Below, in pieces: positions 9,849 to 18,690 of a stretch of DNA of 64,000 bases. The first letter of the stretch is position 1. Every line of letters starts with the position of its first letter. Made by a program: the position numbers and the translations under genes. Under the pieces are notes generated by a model. The model was given only the letters and a program-made list of their open reading frames with translations, made no database searches and was not told the DNA's origin. Origin of the DNA: a virus; the IMG/VR virus record IMGVR_UViG_3300020469_000011, positions 82,511 through 146,510 of that record. The stretch is one strand, 5' to 3'.

Positions 9849-10664
9849 ATGTTATCTTTTAATCAGTATCTTACCGAAAAGAAAAAGAAAAAGCCTTGTT
9901 GGGATGGTTATAAACAAGTTGGCATGAAGATGAAGAACGGAAAAAAAGTTCCAAATTGTGTACCTGTCAATGAAGATTTTGATGTTGACCCAAATGATAA
10001 ATTAAAACCAGTACCCACTGTAGAAGAGATTACTAAAAAACATAATGTATCTACAGAAGAAGTTGAAAAGCAAATTAAAAAAGGTACTGATATAGAGAAA
10101 GAGCATACAGAAGATACCGATACTGCTAAACAAATTGCACATGCACATATAGATGAAGCATTAGACTACTATGAAAAATTAGCTGATTGTGTTGAAGAAG
10201 AGTTTTTAGATGAAATGTATACTAAGCCTGGATTAAGAGAAAAAATTAAAAATAGAATTAAGGCGGGTAGTAAAGGTGGTAAACCAGGACAATGGTCAGC
10301 CAGAAAGTCTCAGATGCTTGTACAGCAGTATGAAAAAGAAGGTGGTGGTTATAAATCTAAAGGAAGGTCAAAGAAGCAGAGAAACCTATCTAGATGGTCT
10401 AAAACAGATTGGAAAACGCATGACGATAAGCCATCAATACAGGGACAAAAACATGATGAAGTTGATGCATATCTTCCTAAAGCAGCAATTGCACACATGA
10501 AAAGAAAAGATAAAGAGAACGATACGAATTTATATTCTAAAATGACAAGTCAAAAAAGAAAAGCGGCTAAATCAAATGATCAACATGCCGATTATTCTGA
10601 TGATGTAAAGAAAGCAAGAAAAGCAGCAATCAAACATGCACATAGAAGTGTTAAGGGTAAGTAA
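9849..10664 (+). CDS. Capsid-targeted multi-module internal protein (polyprotein-like)
   Basis: Leader MLSFNQYLTE; modules CWDGYKQVGMK..GK.VPNCVP, G..IEKEHT....A..IA..H..E..DYY, and YTKPGLRE...GGKPGQWSARK, separated by VNE and LDE. Confidence 0.7.
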   Translation: MLSFNQYLTEKKKKKPCWDGYKQVGMKMKNGKKVPNCVPVNEDFDVDPNDKLKPVPTVEEITKKHNVSTEEVEKQIKKGTDIEKEHTEDTDTAKQIAHAHIDEALDYYEKLADCVEEEFLDEMYTKPGLREKIKNRIKAGSKGGKPGQWSARKSQMLVQQYEKEGGGYKSKGRSKKQRNLSRWSKTDWKTHDDKPSIQGQKHDEVDAYLPKAAIAHMKRKDKENDTNLYSKMTSQKRKAAKSNDQHADYSDDVKKARKAAIKHAHRSVKGK

Positions 10665-11911
10665 TGAAATCATTCAATCAATTTATAACTGAAAACAAAA
10701 TTTTAAATGAAGGTGGTAACGCACCATTTATTAATCGTGAAACTGGAGAAAAATTGGGCGATGCTCAAAAAATAGATTTAAATAAGGTAAACAGAACTAA
10801 ATTAGCTAAAAGTTTACAGCTATTGTTTGCTCAGTTAAATAAGCTTTATGAAAAGAAACATGGTGAAAAATTATGGAATGATTTTAGTGTAATAGAAACG
10901 GGTCATGCATTCAATGGTTCTTCTGAACATTTCTTTAATAAAAATATATCTGATGCTAAATTTAAAAAACACAAGCCAATGGTAGGTGATATAGATGTAA
11001 CTATACATAATGATGAAAAAGTAAAAATTCAAAAATTAAAACCTTTGTTCGATTTACTTTCTGAATTGGAAAACAAAAAAATAACAAATGAATTTGTATA
11101 CAAAGGACAAAATAAGAAGCAACAGCAAGGACATCAGATTAATGCTATCTTTCAATTTCAGAATCCAAAGATAAATGTACAAGTTGACTTTGAAGGTGTT
11201 CACTATACAGAAGATCATAAACCTACACCATTTGCAAAGTTTGCACACAATTCATCTTGGGATGATATTGAACAAGGAATGAAAGGTGTTGGTCATAAAC
11301 TGTTAATTCAGAATTTAGCAAGAGCATTATCAGAGATGAAAGATGTTGTAGTGTTAACTAAAACTTCTCCATCCGAACCACCAGAGGAGGTTAAAGTTTC
11401 TAAAGCAGCATCTTCAGATGCACCCACTAATTTAGCTTTCAGTGTTGATTTAGGAATAAGAGAAAAGTATGCTCCTGCTGTTGATTCAAAAGGCAAGCAA
11501 GTCTATGTCAATGGCAAGCCAGCATTTCGAGAATTGAAAACAGGAGACAGTAAGTATCACAAAGACATTGATGTGATTTACACAATGATCTTTAAGAAGA
11601 AACCTTCAGAGGATGGCGAGGATTTGAAAAAGTTTCACAGTTTCACTGGAACGTTGGAATTGCTCGAGTCGCATAAGGTAGAAGATGATGTCATTCGCAC
11701 CATGTTCAAGTCACTGATAGAAAAAAGTCTATTTGGTAAAAATGCACAAGGTTTTGAAAAAAATAATCCAGAAGGTGACAAAAAAATTAAAATGTTGATT
11801 GTAGATATGTTAGTTAAAAAGTTTCCATATCTAAATCCTATCTTAAATGGATATGAAGAAGAAATAAAAACCTATTATAATAATTATAAAAAGGTAAAGG
11901 TTGACGCATGA
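10664..11911 (+). CDS. Capsid-targeted Pol-beta-superfamily nucleotidyltransferase
   Basis: Leader MKSFNQFITE..ILNE; NGSS...GDIDV...VQVDF catalytic pattern (GS, DxD, third D). Confidence 0.7.
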   Translation: MKSFNQFITENKILNEGGNAPFINRETGEKLGDAQKIDLNKVNRTKLAKSLQLLFAQLNKLYEKKHGEKLWNDFSVIETGHAFNGSSEHFFNKNISDAKFKKHKPMVGDIDVTIHNDEKVKIQKLKPLFDLLSELENKKITNEFVYKGQNKKQQQGHQINAIFQFQNPKINVQVDFEGVHYTEDHKPTPFAKFAHNSSWDDIEQGMKGVGHKLLIQNLARALSEMKDVVVLTKTSPSEPPEEVKVSKAASSDAPTNLAFSVDLGIREKYAPAVDSKGKQVYVNGKPAFRELKTGDSKYHKDIDVIYTMIFKKKPSEDGEDLKKFHSFTGTLELLESHKVEDDVIRTMFKSLIEKSLFGKNAQGFEKNNPEGDKKIKMLIVDMLVKKFPYLNPILNGYEEEIKTYYNNYKKVKVDA

Positions 11912-13521
11912 TGTCTTTTAAAACATTTTCCCTTAGAGAAAATTATATTATTGAAGCCGCAGGTAATGCAATGCTTGATGTATCTATTACAAATGCAGAT
12001 AAAGCCTTCAAAAATAAAACAAAATTCTTTTACTATGTTGGAGATGATGAAAAATTATTAAGTGAAAAGGAATACTCAATAGAAGAAAAATATGACGGCG
12101 TGAAGCTTACCTTATTTCGTAATGGAAAAGATTTTGATTCTAAAAACTTTGAAAATAATTGGGTTATAGCCTACAAAAATAGAAAATTACATCCAAGTGA
12201 ATTTAAATCTACGTCTGCTGCAAATGTAAAACAAAAAGGTATTGGTGTTTCTCAGTATAAAATTATTGCAGATCATTTGAAAAAAATACATAAGAGTTTA
12301 GATTCAATACCAAAGAATACAGAATTTTTTGTTGAATTTTTAATGCAAAAATCTACCTTAACTAGAACATATGAAAATAAACATGGTGTTGTGTTAATAG
12401 GATATTCACATAATGCTAAAGTAGATCAAGAAGACGATTTTCGTTTCTATACAAAAGAAACTAAATTAAATCAAAGTTTAAATCAAGAATATGCTAAGTT
12501 ACTGAAATTAGATCTACCTCAAATATTATTTGAAGGAGGTGTTGGTTCTTTTGAAAATTTGAAAGAAGGTGCTTTAGATGATGAACTTAAAAAACTTCTA
12601 AGGAAAAATAAAACCAAAATTCAAGAATTTTACAAGTATAAAAAATGGGATGACTTATATGAATTAATCAAAACTATTTTTCTAGATGTGTCAAGTTTTT
12701 ATGGTGGTGTGATGGAAGGAGTTGTACTAAAAGATATTAAACAAAAAACAATGTACAAATTTCTCCAAACAGACCAACATGATAAAGAGTTTCGTCAGAA
12801 GATAAAACAACAATATAAAATGGATGAAGATAAAGAAAAGGAATATTATAAAACTCTAGATAAACTTGCTAAAGATATTTTGAGTAAATTAGATTTGAGC
12901 AAAGAACACTCTGAAATAATGAGTGATTTATCAACTGCTGTTTACAAGAAAAAATTACCAAGAAATTTACATACCAAGAGAAACGATCATCAAATAAAAG
13001 AAGATCTTCATTTAAAAGTAAAAGATGCATTTGAAAAAATGCTTAAAGGTTGGGGTGGTGTAGTAGGTAAATTTAGAATTGTTACTAAAGAACATGTAAA
13101 CATGATAGACTATGCTCTTAAAAAATACAAAGGTGTTTCTGTAATGCTTGTTGCAGGCTCTAGAGATATTATGTTAGTTCAAGAGAATATGAAAATTTTT
13201 AAAGAAATATTTAAAGACAAACCGGCAGAATTTTTTATAGCTAAGACCGGAAACATAATAAGATTAGAGCAACTTACTAGAAATCCTATTGTTGCTTATG
13301 TAGCTGGACCAGATAGAAAAGAAGATTATCAAAAACAAATTGAGGGTGCTAATAGCGATGCAGTTGTAGATGTTTATGATGGAGGAAAAAGAGATGAAAT
13401 TTCTGCATCAAAAGCAGAAGAAGCTTTGATGGCAAATGATGTACAATCATTAAGAAAAATTGTACATCCAGTTGCTCTTAAAAATATTGATAAATGGGAA
13501 AAATATTACAGTAAATTTTAA
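11908..13521 (+). CDS. Capsid-targeted ATP-dependent ligase-like domain fused to a HIGH-type cytidylyltransferase-like domain
   Basis: Ligase motifs EKYDG (I), FFVEF (III), MEGVVLK (IV), YKF (V); C-terminal GKFRIVTKEH, VAGPDR, ISASK; leader MSFKTFSLRE.YIIE. Confidence 0.65.
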   Translation: MMSFKTFSLRENYIIEAAGNAMLDVSITNADKAFKNKTKFFYYVGDDEKLLSEKEYSIEEKYDGVKLTLFRNGKDFDSKNFENNWVIAYKNRKLHPSEFKSTSAANVKQKGIGVSQYKIIADHLKKIHKSLDSIPKNTEFFVEFLMQKSTLTRTYENKHGVVLIGYSHNAKVDQEDDFRFYTKETKLNQSLNQEYAKLLKLDLPQILFEGGVGSFENLKEGALDDELKKLLRKNKTKIQEFYKYKKWDDLYELIKTIFLDVSSFYGGVMEGVVLKDIKQKTMYKFLQTDQHDKEFRQKIKQQYKMDEDKEKEYYKTLDKLAKDILSKLDLSKEHSEIMSDLSTAVYKKKLPRNLHTKRNDHQIKEDLHLKVKDAFEKMLKGWGGVVGKFRIVTKEHVNMIDYALKKYKGVSVMLVAGSRDIMLVQENMKIFKEIFKDKPAEFFIAKTGNIIRLEQLTRNPIVAYVAGPDRKEDYQKQIEGANSDAVVDVYDGGKRDEISASKAEEALMANDVQSLRKIVHPVALKNIDKWEKYYSKF

Positions 13522-13835
13522 TCAACTTGAGAAATTAATATATCATAATCCATAGTAATTTCAAATTGAAAGTTTTCATAAAAATTAAATTGTATAATTC
13601 CATCATCTAACTTCATGAGAAATAGAAAAGTATATTTGTTGAAATAAGTTCTTCTGTTTTCGCTTGCATATTTAAAAAAGTATTCATCAAATTCTGAATT
13701 GTCTATGCTATCGTAACCTTTCATTCTTATAACATTATCTTGATTAAAATATACATGAATTTCATTATCAACAAAATCTATCACATTAGCATTAGAAAAA
13801 TTAAATAGATGTTTATCAGATTCAACTAAAATCAT
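13518..13835 (-). CDS. Hypothetical protein
   Basis: 105 aa ORF with strong SD (GAGGAG) and a TATAAATA upstream. Confidence 0.65.
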   Translation of the reverse strand: MILVESDKHLFNFSNANVIDFVDNEIHVYFNQDNVIRMKGYDSIDNSEFDEYFFKYASENRRTYFNKYTFLFLMKLDDGIIQFNFYENFQFEITMDYDILISQVD

Positions 13836-13880
13836 AATGGTTTCTCCTCAACATGAGTAAAGTCAATTAAAAATTAATAA

Positions 13881-13903
13881 CTAAATATAGTTAAGTATTT
13901 ATA
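13881..13903. promoter_or_regulatory. Pair of oppositely oriented T4-type late promoters
   Basis: CTAAATA (+) 13881-13887 toward the fibre genes; TATAAATA (-) 13896-13903 toward the 13518..13835 gene. Confidence 0.55.
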
Positions 13904-13929
13904 TTCAAAAAATGAGGAAATAAAGATAT

Positions 13930-14763
13930 ATGGCAAGACTACAATCTATTCAAAAACCTACCACCCTGCTTACTTTAAAGTTCTCAAAAACAGAAGCAAA
14001 TGCATTTTCAGGTGCTGCCGGTGAAATTATATTAATTACAATAAATGGTATCATTCAAGGTGATGTTAGAATTTCAACAGGAAATCCTAACTATACGATG
14101 CCAGTATATCCTATAGGTTCTCTCGTTTATTACGCCGGACAGACTCCTCCAAATGGATATTTATTCTGCAATGGAGCAACAGTATCAAGTAGTCTATATC
14201 CAGAATTGTATAGTAAAATAGGAACAACTTGGGGAGGAGATAGTACAAATTTTGCTTTACCCAATTTTACAACAGATGGTGGAAGATTTATTAGAAATTT
14301 AAATCAACAAGGTGTTGGTAATTCAACATTTCCAGATTATTACTATACAAGTTATGATGATTATGGGACGTATAATAGATTTACTGCCAATCTACAGTTA
14401 GTAAATAGAACATTCGGACAGTTTCAATCTGATGCATATGGATATCATTCTCATGGCAAACCATCAAATTCAGAATATGCAGGAGATCATAGTCACAATT
14501 ACTATGGGTCTAGAAATGCAACAAATGGTGTGCAATTAGGTAGTGACACTGCTGGAGTTAATGGATATAGAGGAGTGTTTGGATATGGGTCTGCAGCAAC
14601 AACAGTTTCTTCCGGATATCATGTACATTATGGATGGTTGGGGTATGGACCAAATCAAAGTTCAACTTTACATAATACTGTTGATGCTGCTAATAGTTCT
14701 TTAAATAATCAAGGTGAGACAAGACCTGTAAATCATCCACTAATGTTCTGTATAAAATACTAA
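13930..14763 (+). CDS. Tail-collar-domain fibre protein 1
   Basis: PIGSLVYYAG..PPNGYLFCNG..VS...YPELY..IGTTWG....F.LP; HSH/HVH motifs; ETRP.N.....CIKY. Confidence 0.88.
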   Translation: MARLQSIQKPTTLLTLKFSKTEANAFSGAAGEIILITINGIIQGDVRISTGNPNYTMPVYPIGSLVYYAGQTPPNGYLFCNGATVSSSLYPELYSKIGTTWGGDSTNFALPNFTTDGGRFIRNLNQQGVGNSTFPDYYYTSYDDYGTYNRFTANLQLVNRTFGQFQSDAYGYHSHGKPSNSEYAGDHSHNYYGSRNATNGVQLGSDTAGVNGYRGVFGYGSAATTVSSGYHVHYGWLGYGPNQSSTLHNTVDAANSSLNNQGETRPVNHPLMFCIKY

Positions 14764-14776
14764 AGGATTATATAAA

Positions 14777-15595
14777 ATGCCGCTACAAGGAATTAGTTCT
14801 GGAGTTTTTAAATTTTCAACTACTACTCAAAATAGAGCAAGAACTTCCATACCAGGAACGATGGCTATTTCTGTAGATGATAATAATACTATAACAGGTG
14901 ATTTTAGAGTTCATGACGGACTTACTCCTGGAGGTATTTCAAATCCACCTCCTGGTACTGTCTCGCATATAATCTCAAAATATGATAGTAATTTTACAGA
15001 TAATATTTCAGAACCAGATGGTTGGTTTTTCTGTGATGGTAGAGAAGTTGTGATAGCAGAATATAATGCATTATATCAAGCGATTGGTACACATTGGAAT
15101 GAAGGAACCGTAACAAGTGGTTCATATAAAATACCTGATCTTAGAAATCATTATATAAGATGTACTACAGGCGCTGTTGGTCTTTCACAAAAACAAGATA
15201 GTGTTATTGAAAAACATTCTCATTGGATGTTATGGGATGGAGCAGGAAGTCATACTCATACATATACACCATATCAAGATGGTAATTATGCACCTAATGT
15301 GTATGCTTTATATATTAGACATACTAATGATGTTTCCGGATCAGATTCAGGTTATTATGATAATACTGGTATAAAGAATCAACCAGTATATAATACACCG
15401 GGAGCATATACATATCATTGGGGAGGCAGCTATGGAGGTCCTGGACCAACTTATATTACAATGGGCTATGGTTCATCTTTACCTGCTAATGGTAGTAGTG
15501 CTCTTGAACACCATCATCAAGTCTCTCTTACTAATGCAGGTAGTTCTGAAGTAGATTTATATCATGTTAAATTATCAACATTTATAAAGTATTAA
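14777..15595 (+). CDS. Tail-collar-domain fibre protein 2
   Basis: RVHDGLTPGG N-terminal motif; PDGWFFCDG....Y.ALY.AIG..W...IPDLR; HSH/HTH motifs; ends FIKY. Confidence 0.88.
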   Translation: MPLQGISSGVFKFSTTTQNRARTSIPGTMAISVDDNNTITGDFRVHDGLTPGGISNPPPGTVSHIISKYDSNFTDNISEPDGWFFCDGREVVIAEYNALYQAIGTHWNEGTVTSGSYKIPDLRNHYIRCTTGAVGLSQKQDSVIEKHSHWMLWDGAGSHTHTYTPYQDGNYAPNVYALYIRHTNDVSGSDSGYYDNTGIKNQPVYNTPGAYTYHWGGSYGGPGPTYITMGYGSSLPANGSSALEHHHQVSLTNAGSSEVDLYHVKLSTFIKY

Positions 15596-15597
15596 AA

Positions 15598-16857
15598 ATG
15601 GCAGACAATTATTTTTCGAATAGAATATCAATAGATGAAAGAAAACTTGATGTAAATGATGATTCTTCAAATTTTGACATCACTTCTAGTAATTATAGTA
15701 CATTTATCGGTGACGTAGGAATACAAAGATTAAAAGGATTAGCTGTTACTAAACTAGATGTTAATACATTACCCACCGATGGTAATGATACATTTCCTAC
15801 AAACAAAGGAACTTTCGCTGTTTTAGAATCTGGAAATAATAATTATACAGGTCAAATAAGAATTCTAGATGGTGGTGTAACAAGAACTGGTAAACCTGTT
15901 CCTCATGTTGGGACTTTAGGCTATTTTGCGTACAATGGTATTCCAGATGGTTGGTTAGAATGTAATGGAGCATTTATATTATATGCAAAAAATGCAGGAT
16001 CTGGAACTTTTAAAGATACTGAATTTACTGAACTATACAATGTTCTTAATACATGGACAAGTGCAAATTCTGACACTGCAGTTACCACACAACCTATCTC
16101 TACAGGAAATGCTTTTAAGTTACCTGATTTTAGGGGATTTTTTATCAGATGTTCGAATACTGGAGAAGTACCACAAACAAAATACAACACTAGTAATTAT
16201 AAAAATCATTCTCACAATGGAGCTTCTCTTTATAGTAGTCATTCTGGAGGAAGTCCTGAAGTTGGAACTTACGGTTTTGCTAGATTTGCTTTCTCAGGAG
16301 ATCATGGAAGTGATCAAGATTATAGTAATCCGATGAATGGGATGGATGGTTATGAATATAATTATTATCATTTAAATGCTGAAAGAGGTTCTTGGTCTGG
16401 TAGATATAATTATTCTTATTCACATCAGTATGGTTGGGCCCAAACTTACACTTATTCAGGCTGGCAAGGCGACATATATACTCACGGAACAGGTGGCGGC
16501 CGTGCTGGTGGTACATATGGTTCTAATCCAGAAAATATATACTCATTTGATAGGCATTTACATCCTCAGATGAGAACATGGCAAAGAAATAGTGATTACG
16601 GACCCTTGCATGGATATACATCTAATCCATTTCAAGGTGCAGAAAATTATCAAGGCTGGTGGTATTGGCCTGCTCATATTGCACTTTCAAATGCTGGAAC
16701 TCCCGCAGGCTCAGAACTATTAAATTCTGGTTATGATGGAGATAGGACATCAACTGCGGGTAGTCACCGACATGGAATTAATGTAGGACCTAGTTACAGA
16801 GGTGAAACTGAAACAAGAGCAACTAATATTGCTTTGAAAATTTGTATAAAATACTGA
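15598..16857 (+). CDS. Tail-collar-domain fibre protein 3
   Basis: PDGWLECNG; FKLPDFRGFFIR; HSH/HRH motifs; Gly/Tyr/Trp-rich insert; ETRATNIA...CIKY. Confidence 0.88.
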   Translation: MADNYFSNRISIDERKLDVNDDSSNFDITSSNYSTFIGDVGIQRLKGLAVTKLDVNTLPTDGNDTFPTNKGTFAVLESGNNNYTGQIRILDGGVTRTGKPVPHVGTLGYFAYNGIPDGWLECNGAFILYAKNAGSGTFKDTEFTELYNVLNTWTSANSDTAVTTQPISTGNAFKLPDFRGFFIRCSNTGEVPQTKYNTSNYKNHSHNGASLYSSHSGGSPEVGTYGFARFAFSGDHGSDQDYSNPMNGMDGYEYNYYHLNAERGSWSGRYNYSYSHQYGWAQTYTYSGWQGDIYTHGTGGGRAGGTYGSNPENIYSFDRHLHPQMRTWQRNSDYGPLHGYTSNPFQGAENYQGWWYWPAHIALSNAGTPAGSELLNSGYDGDRTSTAGSHRHGINVGPSYRGETETRATNIALKICIKY

Positions 16858-16869
16858 TAAAGGAATTTA

Positions 16870-17385
16870 ATGGAAACTGTAAATCATAAAGATGTATGTA
16901 TTTTAGATGAAAATAATTATTTTTTAAGACAAGTTAGAATTTTTAGAGATCCAAGAGACCCTGAAAACTTTTTATATCCACCTAACGCACATGAAATTGA
17001 TCCTCCAGAAGTGCATTTACTTGAATCTGGTCATTTGGCTTTATGGAATACAGAAGATTCCGTTTGGGTATATGAACATCCAGAACCAGAAAGTAATAGT
17101 CAACCTCCGGTAGATCCAATGTATGCTTTAAGAGTTTCTAGGGACTATAGGTTACACAAATCTGATATTCATGTTTTACAATGTTATGAAAATGGTGAAC
17201 CTGTTAGTGAGGCTGTAAAAAAATATAGAATAGAATTAAGAGACATTCCAAATAAAATAGCAGATGGTACATATTCAGAACCAATAGTAAATCCTGATCC
17301 AGAACCAGATGCAAGATTTAAAGAGCCTTCAGGTTTAATTATTTTTGAAAATTGGCCTGAAATTCCAAAGGAAATGCTAGAATGA
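16870..17385 (+). CDS. Tail fibre assembly chaperone-like protein
   Basis: P.NA....PP.......W......W; LR..RD..L..SD.......YR.ELRDIP.....WP..P. Confidence 0.75.
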   Translation: METVNHKDVCILDENNYFLRQVRIFRDPRDPENFLYPPNAHEIDPPEVHLLESGHLALWNTEDSVWVYEHPEPESNSQPPVDPMYALRVSRDYRLHKSDIHVLQCYENGEPVSEAVKKYRIELRDIPNKIADGTYSEPIVNPDPEPDARFKEPSGLIIFENWPEIPKEMLE

Positions 17386-17897
17386 CCACTCAACATTGTA
17401 TCTTAAATTCAAATAATAAATTTGTTGATGTTGTAAGTGAAGAAGATTCTTCACAATACACAACAGTTTTAGCTATACCCCCAACTTTAAAAGAAAATTT
17501 TGAAGCTACTTGGGATGATGGTACATGGATAGTAAGAAGAATACGTGCAAATACTACTCAAGAAATATCTAATATAGAATATACTGAAGACAATAAAATT
17601 GAAAACACTTTTTATAATCATACTACCGTTCAATACTTGGAAGAGCAACTGAATATATTGCGTGTAAAAATGGCAATTGATTATGAAAAAAATGGTGAAG
17701 TCTTAAAAAAACATACTGATTATGAAAACGTATTAAATAGTTACATTGAAACATGTTCTAATGTTGTTTTAAAAGAAGAAGATATCTATATTGAAGAAGA
17801 GTTTCCTGATCCAGAAGATGAACAAAAAACGGTAATTAATAAAATTTTAAATTATAAAAATTATTTTAGAAACCTTGAGGATTTAGCAGATTTTTAA
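17382..17897 (+). CDS. Tail fibre assembly-associated protein
   Basis: T...PP.......A.WDDGTW motif; adjacent to the fibre genes. Confidence 0.5.
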   Translation: MTTQHCILNSNNKFVDVVSEEDSSQYTTVLAIPPTLKENFEATWDDGTWIVRRIRANTTQEISNIEYTEDNKIENTFYNHTTVQYLEEQLNILRVKMAIDYEKNGEVLKKHTDYENVLNSYIETCSNVVLKEEDIYIEEEFPDPEDEQKTVINKILNYKNYFRNLEDLADF

Positions 17898-17898
17898 C

Positions 17899-17927
17899 TT
17901 GACTTTTTTATCTGTATCTGTTATACT
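17899..17927 (+). promoter_or_regulatory. sigma70-type promoter for the hsp20/tRNA region
   Basis: TTGACT-17nt-TATACT with extended -10 TG; a late-type CTAAATA follows at 17942. Confidence 0.7.
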
Positions 17928-17982
17928 AACGTAAAAGTCAACTAAATAGTTTTGAGGAAGTAAAGATGCTTTCTCATTATAA

Positions 17983-18061
17983 GCAGTCGCTCATTTTGAG
18001 GTCTGCGATATATAGCAACGCACGTTGCTTAATATTACTCGCTTAATAAGGAGGCTATATG
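17983..18061 (+). promoter_or_regulatory. ROSE-like RNA thermometer in the hsp20 5' UTR
   Basis: Three hairpins; the last pairs CUC(G)CUU with AAGGAG (SD) leaving a bulged G; UCGCU matches the ROSE U(U/C)GCU motif. Confidence 0.75.
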
Positions 18062-18544
18062 TTTCTTACACGTTATTCAAGTAACGACTGGGATAAAATT
18101 TTTAGACATTCTGTAGATTTGTTTGATCGAATGGAAATGATTCTTGATGATCAACAGTTCTCAAATTCGTTATCACATACGTTTCCCCCTCATAATATAC
18201 GCAAAAAAGATAATTCTTATCTAATTGAAATGGCTGTTGCTGGTTTCAATAAAGACGAAATTGATATTTTTAAGGAAAAGAATCATCTTGTCATTGAGGG
18301 TAAAAAGGAAGAAAAGAATGAAGAAGGTTTTGTGTATCGTGGAATTGCAAATCGTTCTTTTAAGAAATCATTTGCTCTAAGTGAGGACATGAAAGTTCTT
18401 GCTGCAGATATGAGAGATGGTATGTTGTATGTTGGTCTAGAACATGAAATTCCAGAAAAAGATAAACCTCAAAAAATTGTTATTGGTGACCGTGCTGACA
18501 CTATGTCTTCTGTAATTAATAGTGTTAAAAAATTAGTCGCTTAA
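18059..18544 (+). CDS. hsp20: Small heat shock protein (Hsp20/IbpA family)
   Basis: FPPHNI......YLIEMAVAGF....I; YRGIA.RSF.K.F.L; A.MRDGML...LE..IPE..KP.KI.I. Confidence 0.95.
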   Translation: MFLTRYSSNDWDKIFRHSVDLFDRMEMILDDQQFSNSLSHTFPPHNIRKKDNSYLIEMAVAGFNKDEIDIFKEKNHLVIEGKKEEKNEEGFVYRGIANRSFKKSFALSEDMKVLAADMRDGMLYVGLEHEIPEKDKPQKIVIGDRADTMSSVINSVKKLVA

Positions 18545-18554
18545 TATAAAGTAT

Positions 18555-18576
18555 GGTGGTTGTGAAAGCAGCCACC
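18555..18576 (+). terminator. GAAA-tetraloop hairpin between hsp20 and the tRNA (terminator or processing/stability element)
   Basis: GGTGGTTGT-GAAA-GCAGCCACC; no clear U-tract. Confidence 0.45.
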
Positions 18577-18587
18577 TATATATAAAA

Positions 18588-18663
18588 GCGAGAATAGCTC
18601 AATAAGGCAGAGTACAGTCTTACCAAGATTGTGGTGCAGGTTCAATTCCTGCTTCTCGCTCCA
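18588..18663 (+). tRNA. tRNA-Gly, anticodon ACC
   Basis: Acceptor GCGAGAA/TTCTCGC, U73, encoded CCA; D-stem GCTC/GAGT; anticodon arm CAGTC-TTACCAA-GATTG; T-arm GCAGG-TTCAATT-CCTGC. Confidence 0.9.
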
Positions 18664-18690
18664 AACACATCATACACACAGGAGAATTAA

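Noticed and set aside
13930-16857. Diversity-generating retroelement acting on the fibre genes
   Set aside because: No reverse transcriptase and no near-identical template/variable repeat pair with adenine-specific mismatches seen in this window.
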